Source: Camelus dromedarius (taxonomy: Eukaryota). From it: a DNA stretch of 64,000 bases. Position 1 is the stretch's first letter. Each line of letters starts with the position of its first letter. The notes under the pieces are model-generated. The model saw only the letters and a list, made by a program, of their open reading frames with translations, made no database searches and was not told the DNA's origin. Where the stretch lies: positions 35,962,001 to 36,026,000 of the forward strand of contig NC_087447.1 of NCBI RefSeq assembly GCF_036321535.1, written 5' to 3'. Positions 52,331 through 64,000 of the stretch are shown here, piece by piece. The position numbers and the translations under genes were made by a program.

Positions 52331-54886
52331 ATGGCGGGAATCTTACTCATGTTTGTAACTCACCCCACCCCGTTATGCTGGGCCCTGGGCCACTATGGCT
52401 TGATCGCTTTTTACTCCACCGTCTAACACCCGTGTGCGGACATCTCTTTTTCTCTACAACCTCCTTTTCATAAAACGGAGACCTCTACTCCACACCCTCA
52501 TTTTAAAGATGGGGAAACCGGGCCTCAAAGATACTGGTTGCTCGAGAGTTAGAGAAGCTTTTTGGAGCCTCGACGCCGGTTTTGAAGTTTGAGTCTACCA
52601 AACAATGGCATCTCTTTCTGAGCCTTCATTTTCTCACTTGTGAAAAATAGCGTCTACCTCAGAGTTGTTAGTGAAGGTAAGAATACAGAAAACCAGTACA
52701 GAACCTGCTGCATATATACTGGTAATGGTGGCTTCTTTTTATGAGGAGGTAATAGAGGGTAGCAGCTAAGTCACCAATTTGGAGCCAGACTGCGTGTGTC
52801 AAAGGAACTCCATGACGCGCAGCAAGTTAACGTAAGTGCTCTGTACCTCAGTTTCCATGTATGTAAAACGAGAATAATAATACCCTCCTCCTTACAGCGT
52901 AAGTTAATAGAAAATTGACTGGCCCGTAGTAAGTGCTCAGTAAATGTTAGCCTTTCTCACGTTAGTGACTGAGCTAGGACTATAATTCAGGTCTCTGGAT
53001 TCCAAGACCAGCAATCTTTCCTCACGCACACTTCTTATCTACATACTTAGAACAGTGCCTGGAGGTTAAGCTCCTTTTTAAGCTTCAGGAGGAAACACTT
53101 GTTCATTTTCTTTCAATCAAAATCTCAAACTTATTATCATGAAAGTCTTAGAATGTGTGACCCTGCCCCTACTGAAGCTTTCATAGCAGAGGCATATGTG
53201 AAGGAAATAATCATATGCAGTTCTGATGGATAGATTGAAGAGTAAAAGCACTAGAAAAAGAAAAAAATATTCAAGTGGTTATGGTGGAAAAGCACTAAAT
53301 TTCTATTTGAAAGACATGAGAAATATTATTTTGGTATTGGTTAGGTATCATTAGTAACCAATGTTAGTGTTAGTTAGGAGACAATACCCATCCCATCACT
53401 GTGGAAAACACTAAACTGTAAATAAATCAAAGGCAGGAGCTATCTTCCACATTTTCATTACCTATTATCTACCATTGGGACTAGCACACAGTGCCTGATC
53501 CAAGCACTAAAACTTGGGATAGCCCCTTTACAGGGAGCCCCTGAAAGATCTGGTAATAATCTGTCTAGATTATCTAGATAAATATTATTTATTACTATTA
53601 TCTAGTAGTCAAATGGAGAAGAATGGAAAATGAGAAATTGTATTAGTCCAACAATACAATAAAAAGAGAAAGGTACACTAGCTTGCTGACTATTGCTGGT
53701 GTTATTCTCAGCAATATTCTGAGGTGAAGGAGAAAGAGAAGACAAGAAAGGGCATACAAAGATGAAACAGCAAGATTCAGGATTAGGAGAAATCTATGAG
53801 GAAGGTATTTCCAAATGTCATGTGCCTGTAAATCAGGTAACAGCATCTCTTATACTAGTAAAGATTATTTTGTGGTAGAGAAAAATAGAAATGTTGATAG
53901 TGAGCCCTGGAAACATCCTAGGAGCTGAGGAACTTATAAGGAAATGTTACTTAATAGGCAGAACCCAAAACTAGGGGGTTTACCACTGATGGAAAAATCT
54001 CATGGAGAGGAGGACTGAAGAACATGCTACTACATTGTACAAAGGAAAAAAACAAAGCTTTGGAGTCATAACTGGGTCCCAGCCCTGCCTGGGTTAAAAA
54101 TCCAATTCCATCTCTATTGGTTGCATCTCCTCTGGCAAGTTCCTTAACCTCTCTCCTTAGCGTGGCTTCCTCATCTATAACGTGGAGGAAATAATAGTTG
54201 CTACCTCATAGACTTGTGAGGATTAAATGAGTTTATATTTGTAAAGCAGAGTAGTGCCTGGCACATAGTAAGTGCTATATTAATGTTTAATAAAAAATTG
54301 GTCTCAGTTTTGCCATCTGCAACCTGGGATCGTAATAGTGAACTTACTGTAAGGATTCAAATTATGTGTGTAAAATGGTAGAGATGCTCAATAGATATTA
54401 TTTCTCTGCCCCTCCACCCCAGCCAGCCCCCAGCCTACTAGCTTTGAACCCCTCTCTGATTACCACTGCCACTGCCATCAAGGGGCTGTTGCTAGCCTGG
54501 TCTAAGCAAGGATGAAATATCTTTGCTTGATTTCCTTTGGCTCAGGTGAAAAACTCAAAATGAGTTTACTGGAGTCCAGGAGAAAATAAAAGGGAAACAA
54601 CTCCAGAGAACCAGCTGATGTCAAGTCTGCCCCATATTGCTACTCCAGAAAAAAAAAAAAAATGGTGTCAAGGAGAGTCTGACTTTTTAATACTTTAATT
54701 CTTCCCCTTCTCACTTCTTCTAGGATCCCACAGGACATCAACTGGCCAAGTTCTTCATTGTGTTCAGAAATGAGAGAGAGGGAGGCAGGAGTACTTACAA
54801 CACACAGTGAGTAATCAGAAAGAAGAAAACTCAACAGTACACTCTACATGAGCACCGAGACTTAATACTTTTATTAAGATCTAGAT

Positions 54887-55090
54887 CAGTGGTCAGCAAA
54901 CTATGGCCCTTGGGCCAAATCACCCAACTGCCAGTTTCTTAAGTAGGTTTATTAGAACATACCCATTCTTAACAGCTGCACTCATTTGCCTATGTATTGT
55001 CTCTTGTTGCTTTTGTACTACAATGGCTGGATTGAGTGGTTGTAACAGAGAAAGCATGGCCCTCAAAGCCAAAAGTATTTACTACTTGGC
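54887..55090. mobile_element. hAT-Charlie MITE (MER58-like)
   Basis: cagtggtcagcaaactatggccc...tggccctcaaagccaaaagtatttactacttggc. Confidence 0.65.
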
Positions 55091-55094
55091 TGTT

Positions 55095-55201
55095 GGAAGG
55101 AAGGAAGGAGGGAAGGAAGGAAGGAAGGAAGGAGGGAAGGAAGGAAGGAAGGAAGGAAGGAAGGAAGGAAGGAAGGAAGGAAGGAAGGAAGGAAGGAAGA
55201 A

Positions 55202-55281
<80 letters not shown>

Positions 55282-55282
55282 G
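55095..55282 (+). repeat. Compound purine microsatellite (GGAA)n(GAAA)n
   Basis: Directly visible tetranucleotide arrays, about 190 bp. Confidence 0.98.
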
Positions 55283-55544
55283 AAGCTAACCCTTGAACTA
55301 GGTAATTCACCCAGAATCATCTGTCAGTATCCCCAGTGCAGAAGTTTTCACCTTCATCAAATCCTCTAATCCATTGCTTCTCAGACTTTAATGTGCATAC
55401 AGATTACCTGGAGGTCTTGTGAAAATACAGATTCTGATTCAGTAGATCTACAATGAGGCCTGAGATTCTGCATTTCTAACAGACATTAGGGTCATACCAA
55501 TATTGCTGGTCCCTAGATCAAACTTGATCCCATCAGTTTTTTTT

Positions 55545-56640
55545 CTTTTTTCTTGAGATATAATTGACATATAACATTATATTAGTTTCAGATATGCATC
55601 ATAATGTTTCAGTATTATATATTCAATATGTATATATTGCAAAATGATCACCACAATAAATCTAGTTAATGTTCATCACCCACATGGATACAAATTTTCT
55701 TCGTGGTGAGACTTAAGATTTACTCTTTAACAACTTCCAAATATGAAATACAGTATTTTAAACTATATAGTCACCATGCTGTACTTGACATCCCCAGGGC
55801 TTATATACTTCATAATTAGAAATTTGTACTTTTTGACCACCTTCACTCATTTCACCTGTTCCCCACCCACTACCTCTGGCAACCACCAATCTGTTCTTCG
55901 TATCTATGAGTTTGTAGGGTTTTTTTTTTTCCAGATTCCACATATAGTAAGATCATATGGTATTTGTCTTTGTCTGACTTATTTCACTTAGCATAATACC
56001 CTGAGGGTTCATCCATGTTGTCACAAATGGCAGGATTTTCTTCCTTTTATGGCTCAATAATATTCTATGTTATATATTTATCATATTTTCTTTATCCATT
56101 TATTCATTGATGGACCCTTGAGTTGCTTCCATATCTTGGCTGGTGTAAATAATCCTTCAGTGAACATTGGGGTGCAGATATCTTTTTAAGTTAGTGTTTT
56201 CATTTCCTTTTGATAAATACCCAGAAGTGGAGTTGCTGGGTCATATGATAATTCTATTTTTAATTTTTTGAGGAACCTCCATACCATTTTCCATAGTGGC
56301 TGTACCAATTTATGTTACCACCAACAATGCTCTAGGGTTCTCTTTTTACCCCACATCCTCACCAACACATATTTGTCTTTTTGATAGCAGCCATTTAACA
56401 GGTGTGATGTGATAGCTCGTTGTGGTTTTTATTTGCATTTCCTTGAAGATTATTGATGTTGAGCACCTTTTCATGTACCTGCTGGCCATTTGAGTATCTT
56501 CTTTGGAAAAATGTTTATTTGGATCCTTTGCTCATTTTTAAATTGGATTATTTTAGTTTTTGTTATTGAGTTGTGTGAGTTCCTTATCTATTTGGATATT
56601 AACTCCTTATCAGATTTAGGATTTGCAAATATTTCCTCCT
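55545..56640 (-). mobile_element. L1 (L1MA-like) 3' fragment
   Basis: ttgagatataattgacatataac...ccagaagtggagttgctgggtcatatg...tttgcaaatatttcctcc. Confidence 0.88.
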
Positions 56641-56761
56641 ATTCAAAGGCCATCCCGCACTTCTTGCTCCTCAGACCTCCCATTCTTTCTTCCCACTCAT
56701 TTTCAGCTGACTGTCAGCTTTGTTGAGATCTCCTTGTTCAAGTTAAAGAACTCCTGTTTTA

Positions 56762-56985
56762 AAGCAGGGTTTCTCAACAGCAGAACTGTTGACACTTTGA
56801 GCCAAATATGTTTAGTTGTGGAAATTTTCCCTGGGTGTTACGGGATGTTAGCAGCATCTACACACCTGATATCTATTCTCTAGATCCCAAGAATACCAAC
56901 TCCCAATTGTGTCAAACAAAAATATCTCCAGACGTTGCCAAATACCGCTTGAGGAGCAAAATCTCCGCTAATGGCAACCACTGTT
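56762..56985. mobile_element. MER20-like DNA transposon
   Basis: cagggtttctcaac...aaaatatctccagacgttgccaaata...caaaatctcc...aaccactg. Confidence 0.65.
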
Positions 56986-58269
56986 TTAAAGCACCAGAGA
57001 TCAACTCCAGCTAACTCAAAGAAAAAGGGAATTTATTGGGAAGATACTGGAGGGACTCATAGGCAGACTGAATGGGAAAAGAATCCCAGGACCAGGAGAT
57101 TCTTGGGCTTTCTTTCTAGAAGTGACAATTAGGTTATCTCCGTCTGTCTTTGGGTGTTCCTAATTAAGTGTAAAATTCTCAGCAGGAAGAATCCAAGTCC
57201 TGTTAGGTCAGGTATTCACTCTTGTGGCCTGTGGAATAGAGTCTGTAACCAGACTCAAGCGAGGAAGGGGTGTTCAGCAGAAAAAGGAATAGCTACCATA
57301 CTTCCCCCATATTCTATATCTTTATTCCCCTAAAATGACATAAAATCTGACTGCAGAGGCTTCAGTGAATTGGAGTTTATTTTTCTATGATAAAAATAAG
57401 CCTAGAGGTGGATAGCTACTGGCATCGTTTCAGCTACCAAGCAGCAGCATCCCAGCCTCTTTCCTTTTGTCAGCTCTGGTTTTTCATCTTCAAGCTTATG
57501 GAAGGTTGAAAGATGGCTGTCATACTTCCTGACATCATGAATCATGACCACATTCAAAAGTAGGAAACACACAGGAGAGGGGGAAGAGAAGCAAAAGGAC
57601 ATTATTTGAGAAGTTTCCTCTCCTTTTATCAGAAAAGGAAAAGCTTTCACTGAAGCCCTTTTTGAAAGAAAAAAAAAACCTTAAGTTCCGTTGACCAGAA
57701 ATAGGTTGTATGACCATTCTCTTATCTGCAGGCTATGATGGGAAAGTTAGTACTTGGCAAAAGGGAATGCAATAGTCACGACTGGCTTAGACCAATCACT
57801 ATTAAGCCCTGGGTCTGGGCCCTTTGGTGCCATATAGCAAGAGGAGAGTGTGTAAGCTGTTAGGCAATAGTGTAGTATTTGCCATGTTTTCCCAGTAATA
57901 AATCCATAAAGAGTTGATTCTGTAACCATTTCCTCTTTTTTTGCTTCTGAAACAACAAAAGGCAATCCCTTTTCCTGTACAATGAATCCTTTCCCCTCCC
58001 CTAGTTCTCAAGGACTTCATTTTTTCACATTTCATCCCTTCTTTCCTATATCATTATCCTTCCCTAGCTGTTGAATCACACTCCAGGCATACAAACATGC
58101 TCTAAGAGTGTTTTTCATCTTTAAAAATCCCTTCCTTATGGATAGATAAAAAGATGTGATAAAGCAAGTATAGTAAAATGTTAATTATAGAACTTAGTGA
58201 GATTTTTTTCAACTTTTCTGTATGTTTAAAACTTTCATAATAAAACATTTGAAATAAAATCCTTCCCTT

Positions 58270-60370
58270 GACCCCAAATTACCCTCCAACTTGTTTTTCT
58301 GCTTATTATTTATTCAAATTCCTTTAAAAAGTTCCTTGCTCTACTTGCTCCCCTCCCTTGTATTCTCAGCTCATGCCAGTCTGGCTCCCGTCTCCACCAC
58401 TCCTCTGAGATTGCTAATACTTATTAAGCTCATCTTTTAATGGACAGTTTTCTGTCCTCATCTTATTCAGTTGTTCAGCAGCATCCTTTGCTGCTGACTT
58501 CTCTCTCCTTGAAACACTTTGCACTCTTGACGTCTGACACCTCTCGCTTCCAGTTTTCTTTCTACCTTTGTAGATACTCCTCTTCAGTCTCCTTTACCAG
58601 CTTCTTTTTCGTTACCCAGCTCCTAAACTGGATTATCTCAAGGGTTGGTTCTGGGACCACTTCCCTGTCTACAGCCAGTTTTTCCACAGGGACACTATTG
58701 GCATTTTGTTGAACGCTTTTTCATTGGGCAGGATTTCCCATGCATTTCAGAATGTTTTACATTCTTAGACCCTACTCACTAAATGCTGGCAGTGTCCTCC
58801 TTGTCCTTCTAAGTCAACGCTACAATCTCAACTGCCTCCAAACAGCCCCTAGAGAAGTGATACTTCTCATGATTAAAAATTATTTTGTCTCAGCCAGTCT
58901 ATGACTTTAAATATCATACATATGCTAAATCTCAAATATCTCTGGCCCAAACACCTCTTTTGGATTCTAGACTGCCTCCAACTATGTGCATGATATTTGA
59001 ATTGTCTATTATGGAAGCTCAATAAATATTAGATGAATGAATGATCTAATTAACTAACTTAGCCCCTTTCCGATTTAAAATGAAAATCTTGATTTTTCCC
59101 TACCTGTTGTTCCCTGTGGGGGACAGGGAGATGGGCTGCTCACCGACAGCCTCCAGCTGTTACCTGCTTCAGGATCCACCTCAACTTTAGAGCCAGAGTT
59201 ACACTCTTCTTGGGGAAGCTCCCAGCTAATGAATGAGCAAGGTGGTATTACAAAGACCTAGTCCAACACAGAACTCCACCAATTAGCAATCTTTGCTCTG
59301 GAACTCCCCATGGGCTGGTGGAGACTTTGTCAGATTTGTATCACTATCTGTGGCTTCTCCGTTCAATTCTGCTTCTGCTTCTTTTCCTTTTACAAGTGTT
59401 ATTCCCTGAGAAACCTTTTGCAAACCTAGCTGTCTCAGCATCTGCCTCCCAGAGAACCTGTTCGGCACTCTCTCTTTCTCATTTCCGTAAATGGTATGCA
59501 CCAGTTGCTCAACCCAAAACCCCATGAGTCATTCCTGATTCTTAGTTTTCTTTCATACTACATATCCAATCCATCAGCAAGCTCTGTTGACTCTACCTCC
59601 AAAATACGTGACTACTTCCCACACCACTCCCCAAGTCTCTCCTGCTACCAACCCAGGCCAAGTCATCATCATTTCTCATATTGCAAATAGCCTCCAAAGT
59701 ACTGGCCTCCACCCCCTTTGATCCCCTACAATCCATTCTCCACAGAGCAGTTGGGGGTGATCTTTAAAATACAGCACTGCTCTGCTTGAAAACAACAGCT
59801 TCTAATCCAAACTCCTTACTGTATTTGTCAAGGCTCATCATGATGCCTCCTACCTTTCTGTTCAACTTCATTTCTTATTACCATCCTTCTCAATCACTAT
59901 ACTCTATCCATGTTGGGGTTTTTGGTTTTTAGAAACCATTCCCAGCTAAGGCCTTTGCCGAGCTGTACCTCCTTCAGGAGACCACTATTTCCCCTACATT
60001 CTATATGGTTGGATCCCTTTCATTCATTAGAACTCAACTCAAGTGCCATTGCCTCAGAAAGACTGACTCTGACCACTCAACCTAAAGTAGTTTCCCTCTC
60101 CTCCTTCCCATTATCCTCCCTAATAGTATATGTGTGTGTGTATGTTATGTATGTATGTACATATATATGAAATTCATTTATATATAGATATACATATATG
60201 TGCACTTTTTTCTTAATTGTTTTTGTCTATCTTGCTTACTAGACTAGAAGACCCATGAGAGTATAGACCATACTTAATTTGATTATCACCATTTACCCAG
60301 AGGCTAGCACAGTATCTGTTACACAGACTAGGCAATCAATATATATTTGTCAAAAGAATGAAAGAATGAA
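58270..60370 (+). mobile_element. Fragmented L2 LINE interrupted by younger elements
   Basis: Pyrimidine-rich L2-like motifs ending in aatatatatttgtcaaaagaatgaaagaatgaa. Confidence 0.55.
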
Positions 60371-63300
60371 AGGAAAATCACCTAATTATCTTGGGTCTTC
60401 ACATTCTTGGGGGTGTTTTTTCTCAGTGTTTTGGCAAAGAGCTTGATTTTTGTTTTTATGTTTTTTTCCTTAAGAAGGAGGATGGAAATTATATCCTCTG
60501 CTTGCTATTATAGTGACCATCACATAGGAGACAAACATTGATAGCAGCAAATGACAATATCTAGATCCATGTTACAATGACTATAATTTCAAGAGTCCCT
60601 TACTTTAAAAAATAGACTATCTCTACCCAAAAAGTTTTATAGTATCCTAAGAATAATAGTCCTACTCCTACTTTGCAATCCTAAAAAATAGAAAAGGATA
60701 AACTAGAAACAAAGACAAAGTAGTATAAAGTATATGTTCCATGATTACAAGAATTTAGTGAGAAAAAGTTTAGTCATGCTGCAGTAAGGAACATTATCAA
60801 ATAAATATTGTGTGCTACGTTCATAAGTTTTGTTTCCATTCAGCTTAAAATGTGTAGTGACTACAGCTAATAAATCTTATATCAAATCACTGGATTTTCA
60901 TTTTATGAAGTTAAAAAAGATAACCTCTCACTCCCCCTAAGGAACAGACAGTATATTCAGAAAAGCGTCTCTTTAGAGATCTCCTACAAAACTTCGCTAT
61001 GATAGACGTTTACCTGAAATACTTGGAAAACTGAATTTATACCATACCTTTTACTCACTCTAAAGTGACCTAAATCACAGTATTTATATGTCCTTCTCTA
61101 ATTTTTATTATTCTTTAAAAAAATCTCTGTTAATGTAGACATTTTCTTATAACATCATGAACTTCCCCAAATAACTTCATCCTTTTGTGATGTCATACAG
61201 ATTTTATATTCCCACTGCCCATTCCAGGTTGCAGTCCTAGGGTGAGGTTAATACATGATGTCATGGGGTATGCTACAAAGAAATATGCAAATGATTGCAG
61301 TGGTATGGGGAATGAGTTCTTTCTAAGGTGGCAGGGTAATTCATGATGTCATAAATGGTGTGGCCAGGCAAATTCAAGACTGGAAGGGAAGATTGTTGGT
61401 ATAGTTCATGTTGTCACAAGGAGAAGGGTAACACTTGATGCTTAAAGAAGTGGGCAAACTCTGAAATTACTGGGAGGTGATGCAAAATAAGTTCTTCACA
61501 AGAGAAAAAGGTTGAGTCCATATTTGCAAAGCCAGTAATATTGGAAAGAGATGGAACAGTCCTTCATTCCTTCAAGTATGATATCATAGAAAACTAGGAA
61601 AGTTTTGGAAAAAAGGTCACTAACTGGGGCCCAGAAGTGGAATCAGACACATCAGACACATTCTGTTGGCCTGCCTTCAGGTTTGGCTTTTTTTCCCACC
61701 AACTAGTTACCAAATTGCAAGTTTCCATAATAAGAATCAGGATTTCTGGCTTTTCTTAAAAATGTTGGAGTTCTGACAGTCCTTTGCCTGCATTCCTACA
61801 TGGCAATGACTGGCTGGAGCAAAGTAACAGCTTCCCTCTTTGGACAAGGCAGATGCTCATTAGTTTATCAATCCCAGCTTAGCCAGCTTTACTTCTGTTA
61901 TCCACCTAAAACTTGTAGGCATTTAAGTTCGTGTCACTGGTTTGGGGAATTCCATATAACAAAGAGGTGAGTCAGTGGTGATGGAGGGGAAGATAATCTA
62001 TGACATAAGGTATATAGACCTTGGAAAATTCATTCTGACAAGTGTAGAAGCAACAGGATATTTATCCCATCATTTTAACCCAAGAACATTCTTTCTGATC
62101 CTGCTACTCTGACTTCAGAGCATTTTGCCTGCATTATGTATTTGAGAGCTTTGCAGTCTATGCATTAGTCAGGGAATTAAACGGGATCAATGGAATTTAA
62201 TTCACAAGATACTTTCCCCCCAAGTTCACAAATATTGGCATCATTTTTATTATATGTTCATTGTCAAATGTTCTTTTTGTCAAACACCCATGGGTCAGAT
62301 TTAGAACAAATCTCATTATCCCCAAGTGGTGTAAACCATTATGTTTCCAGATAAGCTATTCCATAGTGTCACCAGCTATTTGTCCTTGGAGCATCCTATT
62401 TTCCTTACTGACTGCATGCCTTGGCACAGACTGCTTCTTTTCTTGAAATGTCTTTTTCTCTCACTGAACTCCTAGTCATACTTTAAGGAATAGTGGAGAA
62501 ATCACTTTCCATAATGACACCCTCCTAACATTAAGGAAAAAATTGCTCCATTAGCTCTCATAGAATTTTGAACATACTTTTATTAAAGAACTTATACCTT
62601 TATTATAGAACTGCAGTAGTTTTTTTTTTTTCAATTTATTAATCTCCTTGGGTAGAATTAAAGATTGTGAGTTATTTAAAGGCAGTATTTTCGTGTCTCC
62701 AGGGCTTGGCAATCTAAAGATATTTAATAAATATATGTTGAGTGAGAGGTCATAAGCAGGTATAGAAGTCTACTAGGTCAAAAGGTTAGGGGTGGGGCCA
62801 TGATGGGACATGCTAACATGTAATAAAAAGTTACCATGACGGGATGACACAGAATATGATGTCATGAGAAAAATCTATGAAAACTTATCTCATGACAGTA
62901 GTCTGGAAGTGTTGACTACAACAGGAAGAGGAGCTGGACCCTGCATTTAGGCCACTAGGGTAGGGTGATGCAAGCCTCTCTGGAATCCTCCCAAGCCCAG
63001 AGAAGCATTAACACCTTCCACAGTGCCTGGCAGGCCTGCAATAATTACTTGTTGAATAAGTTGATGAGGGAATGAGTCTGGAAATGAGCTAAATATTCTG
63101 GGCTCTGGGTCATCATAAACCAGACTTTGGTTCTAAACGGGGTTAGTCAGGAGTGGTTTGGTTTCTGTCAAGCTGGCCTGGCACGTAACTATATTTTGAG
63201 TTGGGCTGATCTTTTAGCTAAGGACATGGTTGTCTAACTGTGTCAACACAACTCTGGGTACCACACTGTACTGAGATGGTACTGAATGGGATTCTGACTG

Positions 63301-63429
63301 GATTGTAAATTGATTTCTGAACTGATTTAGGATTGGTCAGCAGGTCTAATCTTGGCTATGGGTTCCAGTCAGCATGGCATTTTCCTTGGCAATGGAATTA
63401 GCCCTTAACTGAAATCATGAACTAAGTAA

Positions 63430-63805
63430 CAGGTGTAACGTGATATCTCATTGTGGTTTTGATTTGCATTTCTCTGATGATTAATTATGTTGAGCACCTT
63501 TTCATGTACCTGTTAGTCATTTGTATGTTTCCTTTGGAAAAATATCTATTGAGACCCTTTGCCTATTTTTAAATTGGGTTATTTGATGTTTTGCTGTTGA
63601 GTTTGATGAGTTCCTTATCTATTTGCAATGTTAACCCTTTATCAAGCATATGATTCACAAATATTTTCTCCCATTCCATAGGTTGCCTTTTCATTTGTTA
63701 ATGTCTTCCTTTCCTGTACAGAAGTTTTTTAGTTTGATGCAGTCCCACTTGTTTATTTTTGTGTTTATTGCCTTTGCATTTGGTGTTAAATCCAAAAAAT
63801 CTATA
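63430..63805 (-). mobile_element. L1 ORF2 3' fragment
   Basis: atctcattgtggttttgatttgcatttctctgatg...gaagttttttagtttgatgcagtcccacttgtttatttttg. Confidence 0.85.
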
Positions 63806-64000
63806 AGCAAATATCAAACTCTAGTTGGTTTGGTTTTTTGCCATGGAACAAGTTAGTTATTCTGAAACAACTTTTCGTGTATTCTGAAATAGGGAAAATT
63901 AGTAAACATATGAGGATAATTTCTAGATTTCTCACTGTCAGAGAAGAGTTCAAATATGGAAAGGAAGAAGGCTAGAATGAACCCTATGGTAATAAAATGA

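Noticed and set aside
54903..55320. ORFs with KEGR/KERK or SFLP repeats
   Set aside because: Translations of the (GGAA)n(GAAA)n microsatellite.

Overview
Mammalian (eukaryotic, intron-rich) genomic DNA, probably camelid judging by its SINE family. It is syntenic with the human ABCC8-KCNJ11-NCR3LG1-NUCB2 block. On the + strand are the last coding exon of ABCC8 (SUR1) and the intronless KCNJ11 (Kir6.2, 392 aa) with its CpG island. On the - strand is a complete NUCB2 gene (nucleobindin-2/nesfatin-1 precursor): two 5'UTR exons, 12 coding exons, 419 aa, all junctions GT-AG and in phase. Just downstream of NUCB2 only the IgC and transmembrane exons of NCR3LG1 (B7-H6) can be found; I see no promoter, leader exon or IgV exon. 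The most interesting observation is that these orphan exons are intact and phase-compatible with NUCB2 exon 13, so read-through splicing could make a membrane-anchored NUCB2-IgC-TM chimera. This is an inference and needs RNA evidence. Also seen: a tandemly duplicated NUCB2 terminal exon, a uATG whose fate depends on a MIR-derived cassette exon, a 12-bp in-frame duplication in the Kir6.2 turret, a U6/L1 chimeric retrocopy, and many LINE/SINE/LTR/DNA-transposon remnants. Repeat family names and boundaries were assigned by eye and are approximate. Human comparisons are from memory, not from an alignment.
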